Shown here in pieces: positions 47,151 through 57,390 of a stretch of DNA of 64,000 nucleotides. This stretch comes from an uncultured Alphaproteobacteria bacterium (GTDB taxonomy: Bacteria; Pseudomonadota; Alphaproteobacteria; HIMB59): NCBI GenBank assembly GCA_902521835.1, contig CABYTH010000001.1:22602-86601 (forward strand), written 5' to 3'. A program made the translations under genes and the position numbers. The notes under the pieces are model-generated. The model did no database searches. It worked only from the letters and a program-made list of their open reading frames with translations, and had not been told where the DNA came from. Positions within the stretch are counted from its first letter, which is position 1; every line of letters begins with the position of its first letter.

Positions 47151-47736
47151 TAGTAATATGGAAGAGAACTTCTTTACAAAATAAATTTGAAGGAATTTTA
47201 CCGTTTTCAAATTTCTTTTGAGAAAGGACATCAAAAGTTGAAATTATTTTTAGATCTAAATCTGTTGCTAATTTTTTAAAATCTTTGATGCTACATGGGT
47301 GAATATAATCAGTATTATACCAGTGATCACTATTTGCTTTTTTTAAAAGTGAGTCAAAACTTCCTGTTAAAAGAAAATTTGAAATTTTACTCAGACGTGC
47401 CGAATTATTAAAGCTCACAATGATATTTTTACTTACTTTTTTGAGGGTGTTTAATAATTGGTCTGGTTCTTGAACTGCCTGAATTGTCTGAGTCAAAAGA
47501 CAATAATCGAATTGATTAAATGGAAAATCTTCAACTATTAAATTTATATCACCGTGTATTACATCTAATCCTTTTTCCAAACATTTGATTACTTTTTCTT
47601 GACTCAATTCCACACCTTGAGCACTTATTCCTTTATTTTCTAAGTAAGTGATTAGCTCTCCATCAGAACAACCAATATCCAACACCTTTGAGTTTTCTGG
47701 AATTAAATTTAAAATGATCTCATAGTCTTTTCTCAT
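47140..47736 (-). CDS. metW: Methionine biosynthesis protein MetW
   Basis: [32 protein letters not shown]; downstream of metX. Confidence 0.9.
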   Translation of the reverse strand: MRKDYEIILNLIPENSKVLDIGCSDGELITYLENKGISAQGVELSQEKVIKCLEKGLDVIHGDINLIVEDFPFNQFDYCLLTQTIQAVQEPDQLLNTLKKVSKNIIVSFNNSARLSKISNFLLTGSFDSLLKKANSDHWYNTDYIHPCSIKDFKKLATDLDLKIISTFDVLSQKKFENGKIPSNLFCKEVLFHITNEQ

Positions 47737-48854
47737 TTTATTCCCTTTAAAAATCCCTGAGCAACTTTAAAAAATTGTGGCTCATCTAATAAAAAACTAT
47801 CGTGACCTCTATCTGATACGACTTCAGCAAAACTAACATTGGACCCAATAGAATTTAATAAAGATACTATCTCTCTTGACTCTTTTGTTGGAAATAGCCA
47901 ATCACTGGTAAATGATAAAACTAGAAATCGGATCGAATTATCAATTATAGTTTTTTTATTTGCAATAATTTCATCTTTCACGTCAAAATAATCCATTGCT
48001 CGAGTCATATATAGATAGCTATTAGCATCAAATCGATCAACAAAAGATCTACCTTGATAACGAAGATAACTTTCGACCTGAAAGTCTATTCCAAAGCCAA
48101 AAGATAAATCATTTTTTTCTTGTAAATTTCGACCAAATTTATTTTGAAAAGCTTTCTCAGATAAGTAAGTAATATGTGCTATCATTCTTGCAACAGAGAG
48201 ACCATTCTCAGGTTTTTCATTACTCTCCAAATATCTTCCATTTTGCCATTTAGGATCCAACATAATGGATTGTCTTCCTGCCTCGTCAAATGCAATATTT
48301 TGGGCAGAGTGTTTCAATGAACCTGCTATACTCATAATAGACCTCACACTTTCCGGATAAGTAGCAGCCCATTGTAGAACTTGCATTGCACCCATTGAAC
48401 CACCTGCTACAGAAAGCAATTTGGATATTCCAAGCTCATCAACAAGTATTTTTTGTACTCTCACCATATCTCTAATCGTTATGGTGGGAAAATCTAAACC
48501 ATATATTTTTGACGTATCAGGATTAGTATCATTAGGACCTGTCGTTCCAACACAGCCCCCAAGAACATTCGAGCAGATAACAAAGTATTTATTCGTATCA
48601 ATAGGCTTATCGGGTCCAATCATTAATTCCCACCATCCATTTTTTTTAGTTATAGGATTTTCCTCTGCAGGGAATTGATCACCAGTTAATGCATGACAAA
48701 CCAAAATTGCATTATTTTTTTGAGCATTAAGACTTCCATATGTTTGATAAGCGATTTGAAAATTCTTAATTTTTTTACCAGAGTCCAATGATAGCTCTTC
48801 TTGGCATTTCAGTAAGAAACCTGGATATTCAGTATTTGCAATTATTTCTCTCAT
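47733..48854 (-). CDS. metX: Homoserine O-acyltransferase
   Basis: [49 protein letters not shown]. Confidence 0.95.
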   Translation of the reverse strand: MREIIANTEYPGFLLKCQEELSLDSGKKIKNFQIAYQTYGSLNAQKNNAILVCHALTGDQFPAEENPITKKNGWWELMIGPDKPIDTNKYFVICSNVLGGCVGTTGPNDTNPDTSKIYGLDFPTITIRDMVRVQKILVDELGISKLLSVAGGSMGAMQVLQWAATYPESVRSIMSIAGSLKHSAQNIAFDEAGRQSIMLDPKWQNGRYLESNEKPENGLSVARMIAHITYLSEKAFQNKFGRNLQEKNDLSFGFGIDFQVESYLRYQGRSFVDRFDANSYLYMTRAMDYFDVKDEIIANKKTIIDNSIRFLVLSFTSDWLFPTKESREIVSLLNSIGSNVSFAEVVSDRGHDSFLLDEPQFFKVAQGFLKGIK

Positions 48855-48889
48855 TTTTAAACCTGTTCGAAAGATAACTGCGGGAGATA

Positions 48890-48935
48890 CGCTTTAGCTG
48901 TTTTACACCCGCAAGCTGCTATCAAATCGGTGAAA
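48890..48935 (-). promoter_or_regulatory. SAM-II-type riboswitch upstream of metX
   Basis: Reverse complement TTTCACC-GATTTG-ATAGCAGC-TTGC-GGGTG-TAAAACA-GCTAAA-GCG: P1 CACC/GGTG with the GAUUU, UUGC and GCUAAA elements of SAM-II; 5' of metX. Confidence 0.8.
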
Positions 48936-49018
48936 CTGGAATTTAAGGCTTTTTGGATTAATTTTCAATATAAAATGATGATATTTTCTTTATATAGTTT
49001 ATTTATTATCAAAAAATT

Positions 49019-50074
49019 ATGAAAAATAGCCAACCAAAAAATACCTACAAGGGTGGAGCAGAAGTATTTAAAGGGTATGTAAGGCTTTCATCAAATGAGA
49101 ACAACTATGGCCCAGCTAAATCTGTAAAGTTATTAATAAAAAAAAATATTAAATTTTCAAATATCTATCCTGAGCTTGATGGAGAGAGTTTAATTAATCA
49201 AATTGCTAAAACTTATAAAATAAATAATAAACAAATTATATTAGGCGCAGGCTCAGATGAAGTTCTCCAAATGATATATGCTACTTTTTCAAAACCCAAT
49301 GATGAAGTTGTTTTTACTAAATATGCTTTTGCTATGTATTCGATCTATGCAAAACACTTTAGATGCAAAGTAAATAAATATGATGATAAAGAGTTTCAAT
49401 TTAAATTAGAAAATTTAAGTAAAATGATTAGCTCAAAAACAAAAATTGTTTTTTTAGCTAATCCCAATAATCCTACCGGATCAATTTTTTACAAAAATGA
49501 ATTAATTAAATTTTTAAATAAAATAAGTAAAAAAACAATTGTTGTATTAGACTCAGCATACTGTGAATATATTAGAGATAAAAAATATGATGATGGAATG
49601 CAATTAGTTAAAAAATATTCTAATTTGATTATAACAAGGTCTTTTTCAAAAATATTTGCTCTAGGCGGCTTAAGAGTAGGTTGGGGATATGCTAATTCAA
49701 ACCTTATTTCTCAACTCTATCAATATAAAAAGCCTTTTAATGTATCTAGATTATCATGTATTGCAGCTCAAGAGTCTTTGAAAAATAAAAAATGGATTAA
49801 TGACTCTGTAAAAAATAATTTTGTAAACAAATCTCTTACTTGTAGTGGTCTAAATAACAAATTATTTGAAACCATTGATACTCAGGCCAATTTTATCCTT
49901 TTAAAGTTTAAAAGTTCATCAATAACACAAAAATTTGTTGATTTTTTACACTCCAATAAAATTACAGTCAGATCATTGTCATCATATGGATTACATAATT
50001 TTGTAAGAATGACTATTGGAACAAAAAGTGACATGAAAAAGGCAGTAAAAACAGCCAATAAATTTAATGTTTAA
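49019..50074 (+). CDS. hisC: Histidinol-phosphate aminotransferase
   Basis: LSSNEN, GAGSDE, ANPNNPTG, DSAY, RSFSKIFALGGLRVGW. Confidence 0.93.
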   Translation: MKNSQPKNTYKGGAEVFKGYVRLSSNENNYGPAKSVKLLIKKNIKFSNIYPELDGESLINQIAKTYKINNKQIILGAGSDEVLQMIYATFSKPNDEVVFTKYAFAMYSIYAKHFRCKVNKYDDKEFQFKLENLSKMISSKTKIVFLANPNNPTGSIFYKNELIKFLNKISKKTIVVLDSAYCEYIRDKKYDDGMQLVKKYSNLIITRSFSKIFALGGLRVGWGYANSNLISQLYQYKKPFNVSRLSCIAAQESLKNKKWINDSVKNNFVNKSLTCSGLNNKLFETIDTQANFILLKFKSSSITQKFVDFLHSNKITVRSLSSYGLHNFVRMTIGTKSDMKKAVKTANKFNV

Positions 50075-50963
50075 AAATATTCTCATAATTGGTTTTGGAA
50101 TGATTGGATCATCAATAGCAAGATCAGTAATTAAAAAATACAAAAATGTTAATATTTTTGCCTTTGATAAATCCAATAACCTCAAAATTAGAATTAATAA
50201 ATCAAAATTAAATAATGTAAAAGTTTTGAAATCACTTCAAGAAATCAACAATTTAAATATTGATCTCATAATTATTTGTGTACCTATGCTCCAGTATCAA
50301 TCTATATTCAAAAAACTTAGCAACATTAATTTAGATAAAACAATTGTTACAGATGTGGGCTCAACAAAAGTAAATATAGAAAAATTATATAATCAAAAAA
50401 AATATAAATTTAATTTTATTCCCTCACACCCAATAGCGGGTATTGAAAAAGCTGGACTGGAGAATGGATTTGATGGACTATTTACAAATAGATATAATAT
50501 TATTTGTCCTTTAAAAAAATCTTCCAAGACAAACATCAATAAGATAGTTAGGTTTTGGAAGTCACTAAATATGAAAATAGAAATTATGTCTGCAAAAGAG
50601 CATGATAAAGTGCTTAGCTTGACTTCACATTTGCCTCATTTAATTTCCTATTCATTAGTTTTGACGGCAATGAAAAAAGAATCTTCACTAAATTCAAAGC
50701 TTGTAAAATTTTCTGCTGGAGGATTTAGAGACTTTACTAGAGTAGCAGGAAGTGATCCAGAAATGTGGAGGGATATATTTTTAGCAAATAATTCTCAAAT
50801 TCAAAAATTAACTAATAATTTCATAAGTGAATTAAAAAAATTTTCTAAAACCCTCAATCAGGGAAATTCTAAGAATTTATTAACAAAATTAAAGAAGACC
50901 AAAAACGTAAGAGATAGAATTGTTAAGGCAAGACAGGCAGGAAAATTTATTCCTAATGATTAA
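50067..50963 (+). CDS. tyrA: Prephenate/cyclohexadienyl dehydrogenase
   Basis: IIGFGMIGSS, TDVGSTK, HPIAGIE, TSHLPHL, GGFRDFTRVAGSDPEMWRDI. Confidence 0.92.
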   Translation: MFKNILIIGFGMIGSSIARSVIKKYKNVNIFAFDKSNNLKIRINKSKLNNVKVLKSLQEINNLNIDLIIICVPMLQYQSIFKKLSNINLDKTIVTDVGSTKVNIEKLYNQKKYKFNFIPSHPIAGIEKAGLENGFDGLFTNRYNIICPLKKSSKTNINKIVRFWKSLNMKIEIMSAKEHDKVLSLTSHLPHLISYSLVLTAMKKESSLNSKLVKFSAGGFRDFTRVAGSDPEMWRDIFLANNSQIQKLTNNFISELKKFSKTLNQGNSKNLLTKLKKTKNVRDRIVKARQAGKFIPND

Positions 50964-51624
50964 GGCTATTTATCTCCATTTTGAGTTTATTTAAAAATTC
51001 TTGCTTGCTTAACCCTGGAGGTATCGGTTCTTTAAACTCTACTGTTATGGAGCCTTTATGAATCTGATTATTTTTAGGCCAAAATTTTCCAGAATTTAAA
51101 GCAATAGGCACAACTGGCTTGTTCAAAGACTTGTACATAGAATAAATTCCAGGTTTTAAATCAGGTTGATCCTTAAAGGTTGTTCTAGTTCCCTCGGGAA
51201 AAATTATTACAGGTCTATGATCTAAATATTCAGCTGTTTGCTGATTTACGTAACGAAGACTATGGATTCCTTGTTTTCTATCAATAGCAATCATTCCCAA
51301 TTTTTTAAGATAGGTCCCAAATAATGGAATATTCAATAATTCTTTTTTTAAAATATATGCAGGATTATAAAAGAGTTCATTAAAGTATATTGTTTCAAAC
51401 ATTGACTGATGTTTACTCGCATAGAGATAACCCTTTTTGTGCGCAAAATCAGAATTAATTACTTCTATATTAATTCCAAACAGTTTTAAAATTACTGTCA
51501 TGTTCCTTGTAAAGAAAAGCACAAAAAATCTAAATTTTGTATATTTGAAGGGAAGGCCTAACAAAGAAATAATTAATACAATAGCTGTTGTAAAATAAAA
51601 TGTTATTAAAAAACTAAATTTCAT
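50953..51624 (-). CDS. plsC: 1-acyl-sn-glycerol-3-phosphate acyltransferase family
   Basis: KHQSMFET, IIFPEGTR, VPIALNSG. Confidence 0.88.
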   Translation of the reverse strand: MKFSFLITFYFTTAIVLIISLLGLPFKYTKFRFFVLFFTRNMTVILKLFGINIEVINSDFAHKKGYLYASKHQSMFETIYFNELFYNPAYILKKELLNIPLFGTYLKKLGMIAIDRKQGIHSLRYVNQQTAEYLDHRPVIIFPEGTRTTFKDQPDLKPGIYSMYKSLNKPVVPIALNSGKFWPKNNQIHKGSITVEFKEPIPPGLSKQEFLNKLKMEINSLNH

Positions 51625-52180
51625 ATTTTTTTATAAAAACTAATTTTGAGACAATTAACTTAATGTATTCCTCTACCAATTTTTCAAAAGGGATGACTAT
51701 ATCACTATTGCTTACAGAATAAGGAGTTACTTTCAAACCTGATAGTTGATTAAATAAAAATTCTGCACGTTGCATATGTAAATCTGAAGTAATTAATAAA
51801 ATCGATTTTATTTTTTTTTCTAAGGCCCAATATCTTGTTTCTAATGCATTTTCATATGTATTTTTTGATAAATATCCAACCTCAATACAACATTCAACAA
51901 TGTTTTGATCAAAGTTAAGAATATTCACTAATACAACTTCTGAATTAAAGGTATTATCAACACCAGAAATAAACAACTTATTTTGATTAGATTTTTCTAT
52001 TTGTTTATAACCCTCAATTATTCTCTCTCCTTTTCCCCCTGTTAATACAACAATCGCATCAACATTAAAGTTATTTACAGGATCATGAGATAAGTTATTT
52101 TTAAATTTAATTAAACCAAGAGTTAAAAATAATACAATTAAGGCGATTATAATATTTACGCGCTTTAAAAATATTATCAT
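51614..52180 (-). CDS. YdcF/DUF218 family protein
   Basis: DAIVVLTGG, LFISG, NTYENA, ITSDLHMQRA. Confidence 0.85.
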   Translation of the reverse strand: MIIFLKRVNIIIALIVLFLTLGLIKFKNNLSHDPVNNFNVDAIVVLTGGKGERIIEGYKQIEKSNQNKLFISGVDNTFNSEVVLVNILNFDQNIVECCIEVGYLSKNTYENALETRYWALEKKIKSILLITSDLHMQRAEFLFNQLSGLKVTPYSVSNSDIVIPFEKLVEEYIKLIVSKLVFIKKYEI

Positions 52181-53367
52181 TACATGATCTCATTTTTACA
52201 TAGATCTTCTAAGGTATCACGAGATCGGATTACACGATACTCATCTTTGTTGAACAATACCTCTAGAGGTCGAGGTCGACTATTATAAGTTGAGGACATA
52301 GAGGATCCGTAAGCACCAACATTCATAAATACTATATTATCTCCAACTTCTATCTTGGGGAGTTCAATATCTTTTACAAAATAATCAGTAGACTCACAAA
52401 TTCCACCTGCGATATCATAAATTTCAACATCCTTTGAGTTGTTTGAAACTTTTATTGGAGGCTTTATGTCATACAAAGCTGGACGAATGTATTCCGAAAA
52501 TGAACAGTCAATAATAGCAATTTTCTTATTGCCACTATTTTTTATATATAAAACTTTACTAATAAGTTCACAGCTATCAGCTACTATAAATCTTCCAGGT
52601 TCAAATATAATATTATAATTTTTACCATTAAGTATTTTGTTACAATTATTTTTCCAACCATCAAAATTGATTTCTTTATCTGAGTGATCAAGGACAGCAA
52701 ATCCTCCACCAAAATCTAAAGTATCAATATTTATATTATTTTTAAGATTTTGCTCATCTGCAATTTTGATTAGATTTTCATATGAACTAAGTAACTTCTG
52801 ATAATCTGTTATTTGACTTCCTATATGAACAGAGAGTGTTTTTAAGTTTACCCCCTCTAAATTAGAGATTGTATCAAAGTCAATTTGATCAATTGAAATA
52901 CCGAATTTACCTCCTGATAAACCAGTAGTAATCTTATCCATGGTCGACCCATCAATATCAGGGTTTATTCTGATACCAATATTTGTTTTTAGCCCCTTAC
53001 TTAAAGAGTAATCATTAATAAATTCAACTTCCTCAATATTTTCAACATTTATAGAGTGAACTTTCTGAGTGATTGCGTACTTTAAATCGAAATCAGTTTT
53101 TCCTGGCCCATCAAATATAATATCCTCAGGTTCAAACCCGGCCTTCAATGATTTAAATAGTTCACCAGCAGAGACAACTTCAGCACCAAAACCACAACGA
53201 TGAATAAGGTTTAAAATTGCAAGGTTAGGATTAGCTTTGACAGCAAAATTAAATTTTCTAGGAAATTCTAATTCTAAATTATTTAGAAAACTTATTTTAT
53301 CTTTAATTTTATCCTCATCATAAAGATAAAAAGGACTAGAAAACTCTTTTAATATTTTATCCAGCAT
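52180..53367 (-). CDS. lysA: Diaminopimelate decarboxylase
   Basis: FAVKANPN, VVSAGEL, HIGSQ, DFGGG, FEPGRF, GGICESTD, GAYG.SMSSTYNSRPR. Confidence 0.95.
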   Translation of the reverse strand: MLDKILKEFSSPFYLYDEDKIKDKISFLNNLELEFPRKFNFAVKANPNLAILNLIHRCGFGAEVVSAGELFKSLKAGFEPEDIIFDGPGKTDFDLKYAITQKVHSINVENIEEVEFINDYSLSKGLKTNIGIRINPDIDGSTMDKITTGLSGGKFGISIDQIDFDTISNLEGVNLKTLSVHIGSQITDYQKLLSSYENLIKIADEQNLKNNINIDTLDFGGGFAVLDHSDKEINFDGWKNNCNKILNGKNYNIIFEPGRFIVADSCELISKVLYIKNSGNKKIAIIDCSFSEYIRPALYDIKPPIKVSNNSKDVEIYDIAGGICESTDYFVKDIELPKIEVGDNIVFMNVGAYGSSMSSTYNSRPRPLEVLFNKDEYRVIRSRDTLEDLCKNEIM

Positions 53368-53516
53368 TATTCGCTCTCAGGGTAATCATAGTCATCATTA
53401 GGAGGAAATGGATATTGAGATTTATCTACAACACCCTCTGGTAATTTATTAGGTTTTTGGTTTCCACAGCCAATGATAAATATGGGTAATAATATTATTA
53501 ATAAAAACTTGATCAT
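53367..53516 (-). CDS. Small lipoprotein (LptM/YifL/LppL-like), 49 aa, not in the ORF track
   Basis: MIKFLLIILLPIFIIGCGNQKPNKLPEG...ESE*; lipobox IIGC; ATGA overlap with the argH stop and TAATG overlap with the lysA start. Confidence 0.75.
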   Translation of the reverse strand: MIKFLLIILLPIFIIGCGNQKPNKLPEGVVDKSQYPFPPNDDYDYPESE

Positions 53517-54904
53517 CTTACTCTAAGAAATTTAATATATTTTTTAATCACTCTAGAAACATCTTTTGGATTAGAGCTCATGGGTGTTTTTTTTCTTGAA
53601 AGACTGTTATTTATATCAACGTATTTATAAATATTTTTATCAATTGATTTTTGAAATTTTTGGTATTCATCAATTTTTATTTGTGAGAGATTTTTATTTT
53701 TTTTCTGAGCATAATTTACTATATCAGCAATAATTTTATAAGAGTCTCTAAAAGGTATTTTCTTTTCTATAACTAGATAGTCTGCTAAATCTGTAGCTGT
53801 AGCAAAATAATTATTGCATAAATCTCTTCCAATAGATTTTTCAAAATTAGATTTTTTTATAACTTCTTCCATAATTTTAATACAGCTTAATAACTCATCA
53901 TAACAATCAAATATTATCCTTTTATCCTCCTGAAAATCTTTAAAATAAGTTAAAGGAAGGTTTGAAACAATATTTGAGAGTTCTATTGACTTAATTCTAA
54001 TGCTATTCGTTTTTGATCTTACAAGTTCTAATGAGTCGGGATTTCTTTTTTGAGGCATTATGGAACTACCTGTAGAATATTCATTACTTATATTAAATAA
54101 CTTCATGAAATTACTTGACCATAAAATTAGCTCAGATGATAATTTACTTAAATGCGTCGCAGTTAAAGAACTAGCATGTAGAAAATACATGCAAAAATCA
54201 CGATCACTTACACCATCCATAGAATTATTTTTAGATTTTGAAAAATGTAAACATTTATTTAGTAAACCTATATCTAAGTTATAATTACTCCCTGCTAAAG
54301 CAGCACTGCCTAATACATTTTCATCGCTGTTATCTATACAAAAATCAAAATAATTTAAGTCTCTTTTAAACATCTCTAAATATGCAATTAGGTGATGAGC
54401 CAAAGATACAGGTTGTGCCACTTGCAAATGAGTAAATCCAGGAATAATAGTTTTTTCATTTCCACGAGCTTGATTTAAAATAGACTTCATTAAATTCTTG
54501 ATTTCTTCTTGTAAATTTTTGGAGGCTTTAATTGTCCATAATCTAGTATCAGTTGCTACCTGATCATTACGAGACCTTCCAGTATGTATCTTATTAGCTA
54601 CATTACCTATTTTTTTATTGAGGAAAGACTCTACATTCATGTGAATATCCTCATTTTTTTTTGAAAATTTTAGTCTACCTTTTTTATTATCATTCAATAT
54701 TGAATTTAATCCTTTTTGAATAGTAAGAGCTTCTTTTTTTGAAATAACTTTTAGTTTTACTAAAGCTTTTACATGTGCACTTGTAACGGCAATATCCTCT
54801 CCAATTAATCTTTTATCAATATCAATTGAGCTATTAAAATCATCCATTAAACTGGAAGTGCTTTTATTAATTGTGGTTGATAGTATTTTACTTTTCTTAT
54901 TCAT
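53513..54904 (-). CDS. argH: Argininosuccinate lyase
   Basis: EDIHMNVE, HTGRSRNDQVATD, PGFTHLQVAQP, GSSIMPQKRNPD. Confidence 0.95.
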   Translation of the reverse strand: MNKKSKILSTTINKSTSSLMDDFNSSIDIDKRLIGEDIAVTSAHVKALVKLKVISKKEALTIQKGLNSILNDNKKGRLKFSKKNEDIHMNVESFLNKKIGNVANKIHTGRSRNDQVATDTRLWTIKASKNLQEEIKNLMKSILNQARGNEKTIIPGFTHLQVAQPVSLAHHLIAYLEMFKRDLNYFDFCIDNSDENVLGSAALAGSNYNLDIGLLNKCLHFSKSKNNSMDGVSDRDFCMYFLHASSLTATHLSKLSSELILWSSNFMKLFNISNEYSTGSSIMPQKRNPDSLELVRSKTNSIRIKSIELSNIVSNLPLTYFKDFQEDKRIIFDCYDELLSCIKIMEEVIKKSNFEKSIGRDLCNNYFATATDLADYLVIEKKIPFRDSYKIIADIVNYAQKKNKNLSQIKIDEYQKFQKSIDKNIYKYVDINNSLSRKKTPMSSNPKDVSRVIKKYIKFLRVR

Positions 54905-54921
54905 GATTTTAGTAATTTAAA

Positions 54922-55122
54922 TTATCTTGATAAATATATTATCGCAGCGAATACTAAAACAGCAATACCTTGAAACAATACTCTCATTCGCATAAGTTTG
55001 TTACTGTGTTTTTTATTAAAACTTCCATTTTTAGCCATAGCTATTACACCAATTACAACCATTAAAAGAGCTAAAATCATGGATACAACTAAAACAAAAG
55101 GCAATAAAGTAGATGAAAACAT
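54922..55122 (-). CDS. HIG1 domain / twin-transmembrane-helix small protein
   Basis: SNKLMRMRVLFQ motif between two TM helices. Confidence 0.85.
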   Translation of the reverse strand: MFSSTLLPFVLVVSMILALLMVVIGVIAMAKNGSFNKKHSNKLMRMRVLFQGIAVLVFAAIIYLSR

Positions 55123-55179
55123 GGTAAATAGTTATCAAATTATCTATAAATGTCTAATTATTAAATTTTAGAAGAATTG

Positions 55180-55782
55180 ATGAAGAAAATTGTATTATTT
55201 TTGCATGGTTATGGGTCTAATGGAAATGACCTAATTTCCTTAAAAGATTATATATCTATGGAAAAAGAAGAAACTGAGTTTATATCTCCTAATGCCCCGG
55301 AGCCCTGTGAATTCAATTATTTTGGGTATCAGTGGTTTCCATTAAAAGAGAGATCAATTGAAGAATTAAAAGAGGGCCTAAAATCAGCCTTCTTTCATCT
55401 TGAAAAAATAATTGAAAAAATAATTCATGAACACTCAGTTGATGAAACTCAGATTTCTATCATTGGTTTCTCTCAGGGCTCTATGTTGGCGACATATTAT
55501 GCTCTACAAAAAAATTTAAATTTTCACAGTATCATTTCATTATCAGGATCATTACCAAAAGAAATTTTAAATGATTTGAAAATATCTGAAATCAAATCTA
55601 GTTTTTTAATTTTTCATGGAAAAATGGACGATGTCGTACCATTTAATAGGGCAGTTGAGACAAATTCGTTTTTGGAATCAAAAAAATTTTCTAGTAAACT
55701 GGTTTTAGATGACAACTGTGCACATTCAATTAGCCCAATTGCTTTAGATGAAATTAACAAGCTGTATGAACGCTGGAATTAA
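55180..55782 (+). CDS. Phospholipase/carboxylesterase (Abhydrolase_2)
   Basis: FLHGYGSNGND, PNAP, GYQWF, GFSQG, HGKMDDVVP, AHSI. Confidence 0.88.
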   Translation: MKKIVLFLHGYGSNGNDLISLKDYISMEKEETEFISPNAPEPCEFNYFGYQWFPLKERSIEELKEGLKSAFFHLEKIIEKIIHEHSVDETQISIIGFSQGSMLATYYALQKNLNFHSIISLSGSLPKEILNDLKISEIKSSFLIFHGKMDDVVPFNRAVETNSFLESKKFSSKLVLDDNCAHSISPIALDEINKLYERWN

Positions 55783-55827
55783 TAAACTATTAAAAATACT
55801 CTTTTTTAGATATGTTAATATGTAATC

Positions 55828-56388
55828 ATGATTAACTCGAATCATTGCCCATCTTTAGTATTAAATGCAGACTACCGGCCTCTTAGCTATTTCCCCTTAT
55901 CTATATGGAATTGGAAAGATACGGTAAAAGCGGTTTTTCTTGATAGAGTTAATATAGTTGAAGAATATGATCAAAAGGTTTCATCCCCATCTTTTGAAAT
56001 AAAACTCCCTAGCATTATCGCACTCAAAGATTACATACCACATAGTCATAAACCTGCATTTACAAGATTTAATGTTTTTTTGAGAGATGATTTCACATGT
56101 CAATATTGCAATGATAAATTTTCAACAAAAGAATTAACTTTCGATCATTTAATACCTCGTTCAAAAGGTGGATTGACAAATTGGGAGAACGTTGTGACTG
56201 CATGTTCAAAATGTAATTGGACCAAAGGAAGTAGGGATTTAAGTCAAGTTGGTTTTAAATTGCTTAGAAAACCTAAAGAACCCTCTCAATATTCTTTAAG
56301 ATTAAAAAGTAAAAATTTCCCCTCTGATTATCTTCATTCAAGTTGGAGAGATTATTTATATTGGGATAGTGTCTTAGAGAAAGATTAA
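55828..56388 (+). CDS. HNH endonuclease (McrA-like, chromosomal alphaproteobacterial type)
   Basis: LVLNADYRPLSYFPLS, FTRFNVFLRD.F.CQYC, DHLIPRSKGG..WENVV.AC..CN. Confidence 0.9.
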   Translation: MINSNHCPSLVLNADYRPLSYFPLSIWNWKDTVKAVFLDRVNIVEEYDQKVSSPSFEIKLPSIIALKDYIPHSHKPAFTRFNVFLRDDFTCQYCNDKFSTKELTFDHLIPRSKGGLTNWENVVTACSKCNWTKGSRDLSQVGFKLLRKPKEPSQYSLRLKSKNFPSDYLHSSWRDYLYWDSVLEKD

Positions 56389-56942
56389 TATTTTTTAGTT
56401 ATTTTTATAGCTGTATAGCATAGCTGTTTTATTGTTTTAGACAAAAGAACATACCCAGTTGTCATTTCTGCCTGGTGTTCGACGCCTGTATCATGATGTT
56501 CTAGCTCATCTTCTCTAAACTTTTTTACAGTCTTCAATAAATCTGGTTTTAATTTTCTTTTTGATAGTTCCTTGGCTTGTTCCTCATAGTGTTGACCAAT
56601 AACCTCCTCAACAGCAACGGTGCATGCCATTGCAGCTTTTTTCCCCATTAATGCAGTACCTAATCCAAGGGCATAACCTGCTAAATTCCAAAATGGAAAT
56701 AAAGCGGTTGGTTTTACGTTCTCTTTTACTATGTATTCATCAAAAGTTGATTTATGAATTTCCTCTTGGTCAGCCATCTCCTTAATTTCTTTACCAAATT
56801 CTGTGTTTTCTTTAAAAATAGCTAATTGTCCACGATATATTTGTGTTGCTCCATGCTCACCTGCGTGATCCACTCTGATAATTTCTTCGATCAATTTTTT
56901 ATCTTCACTGCTTAGTGATTTATTTTTCTTTTTTGTAGGCAT
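56385..56942 (-). CDS. coq7: Demethoxyubiquinone hydroxylase (Coq7 family)
   Basis: IRVDHAGEHGA.QIY.GQ, ACTVAVEEVI..HY, FREDELEH. Confidence 0.92.
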   Translation of the reverse strand: MPTKKKNKSLSSEDKKLIEEIIRVDHAGEHGATQIYRGQLAIFKENTEFGKEIKEMADQEEIHKSTFDEYIVKENVKPTALFPFWNLAGYALGLGTALMGKKAAMACTVAVEEVIGQHYEEQAKELSKRKLKPDLLKTVKKFREDELEHHDTGVEHQAEMTTGYVLLSKTIKQLCYTAIKITKKY

Positions 56943-57390
56943 TGAAAATAATTAATAACAGAAAAGTCATTGAAAACAAGAAGTTATAAACTGATAATGG
57001 AATACCAAAGTAAGGTAAGTTTGCATCAGAGCATGTGGTAATTAATGTATTAGAGATTAATTCTTCTTTTAATTTTGTAATATCATTTGGAAGCGTGGCA
57101 GCTTCACATCCGGTGTACTCAATTATTCCAAATGTTGTAAGAGAATGATAACCGGAGATTCCTAATTCAACAAGAAGCAAGATAGTTAGTAATATATAAA
57201 TTAAATTGAAATATCTCTTAATAAAAAAATAAAATACACCTAATATCAAAATTGAGTAATATGGAACTCGTTGATATACACACAATTTACATGGACTATG
57301 ACCATATGCATATTGTAATATTAAAGCAAAAGATATAGCTACCAGCGAAAATAAAAAAACAATAAATAAAATATTAGTTTGTTTAATCAT
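56920..57390 (-). CDS. DsbB-family disulfide bond formation protein
   Basis: PCKLCVYQR motif; 4 TM; second Cys pair. Confidence 0.85.
   Translation of the reverse strand: MIKQTNILFIVFLFSLVAISFALILQYAYGHSPCKLCVYQRVPYYSILILGVFYFFIKRYFNLIYILLTILLLVELGISGYHSLTTFGIIEYTGCEAATLPNDITKLKEELISNTLITTCSDANLPYFGIPLSVYNFLFSMTFLLLIIFNAYKKEK

Noticed and set aside
55828-56388. HNH endonuclease as a mobile element or defence system
   Set aside because: It resembles the conserved chromosomal alphaproteobacterial HNH next to a carboxylesterase; no methylase, intron or repeat context.
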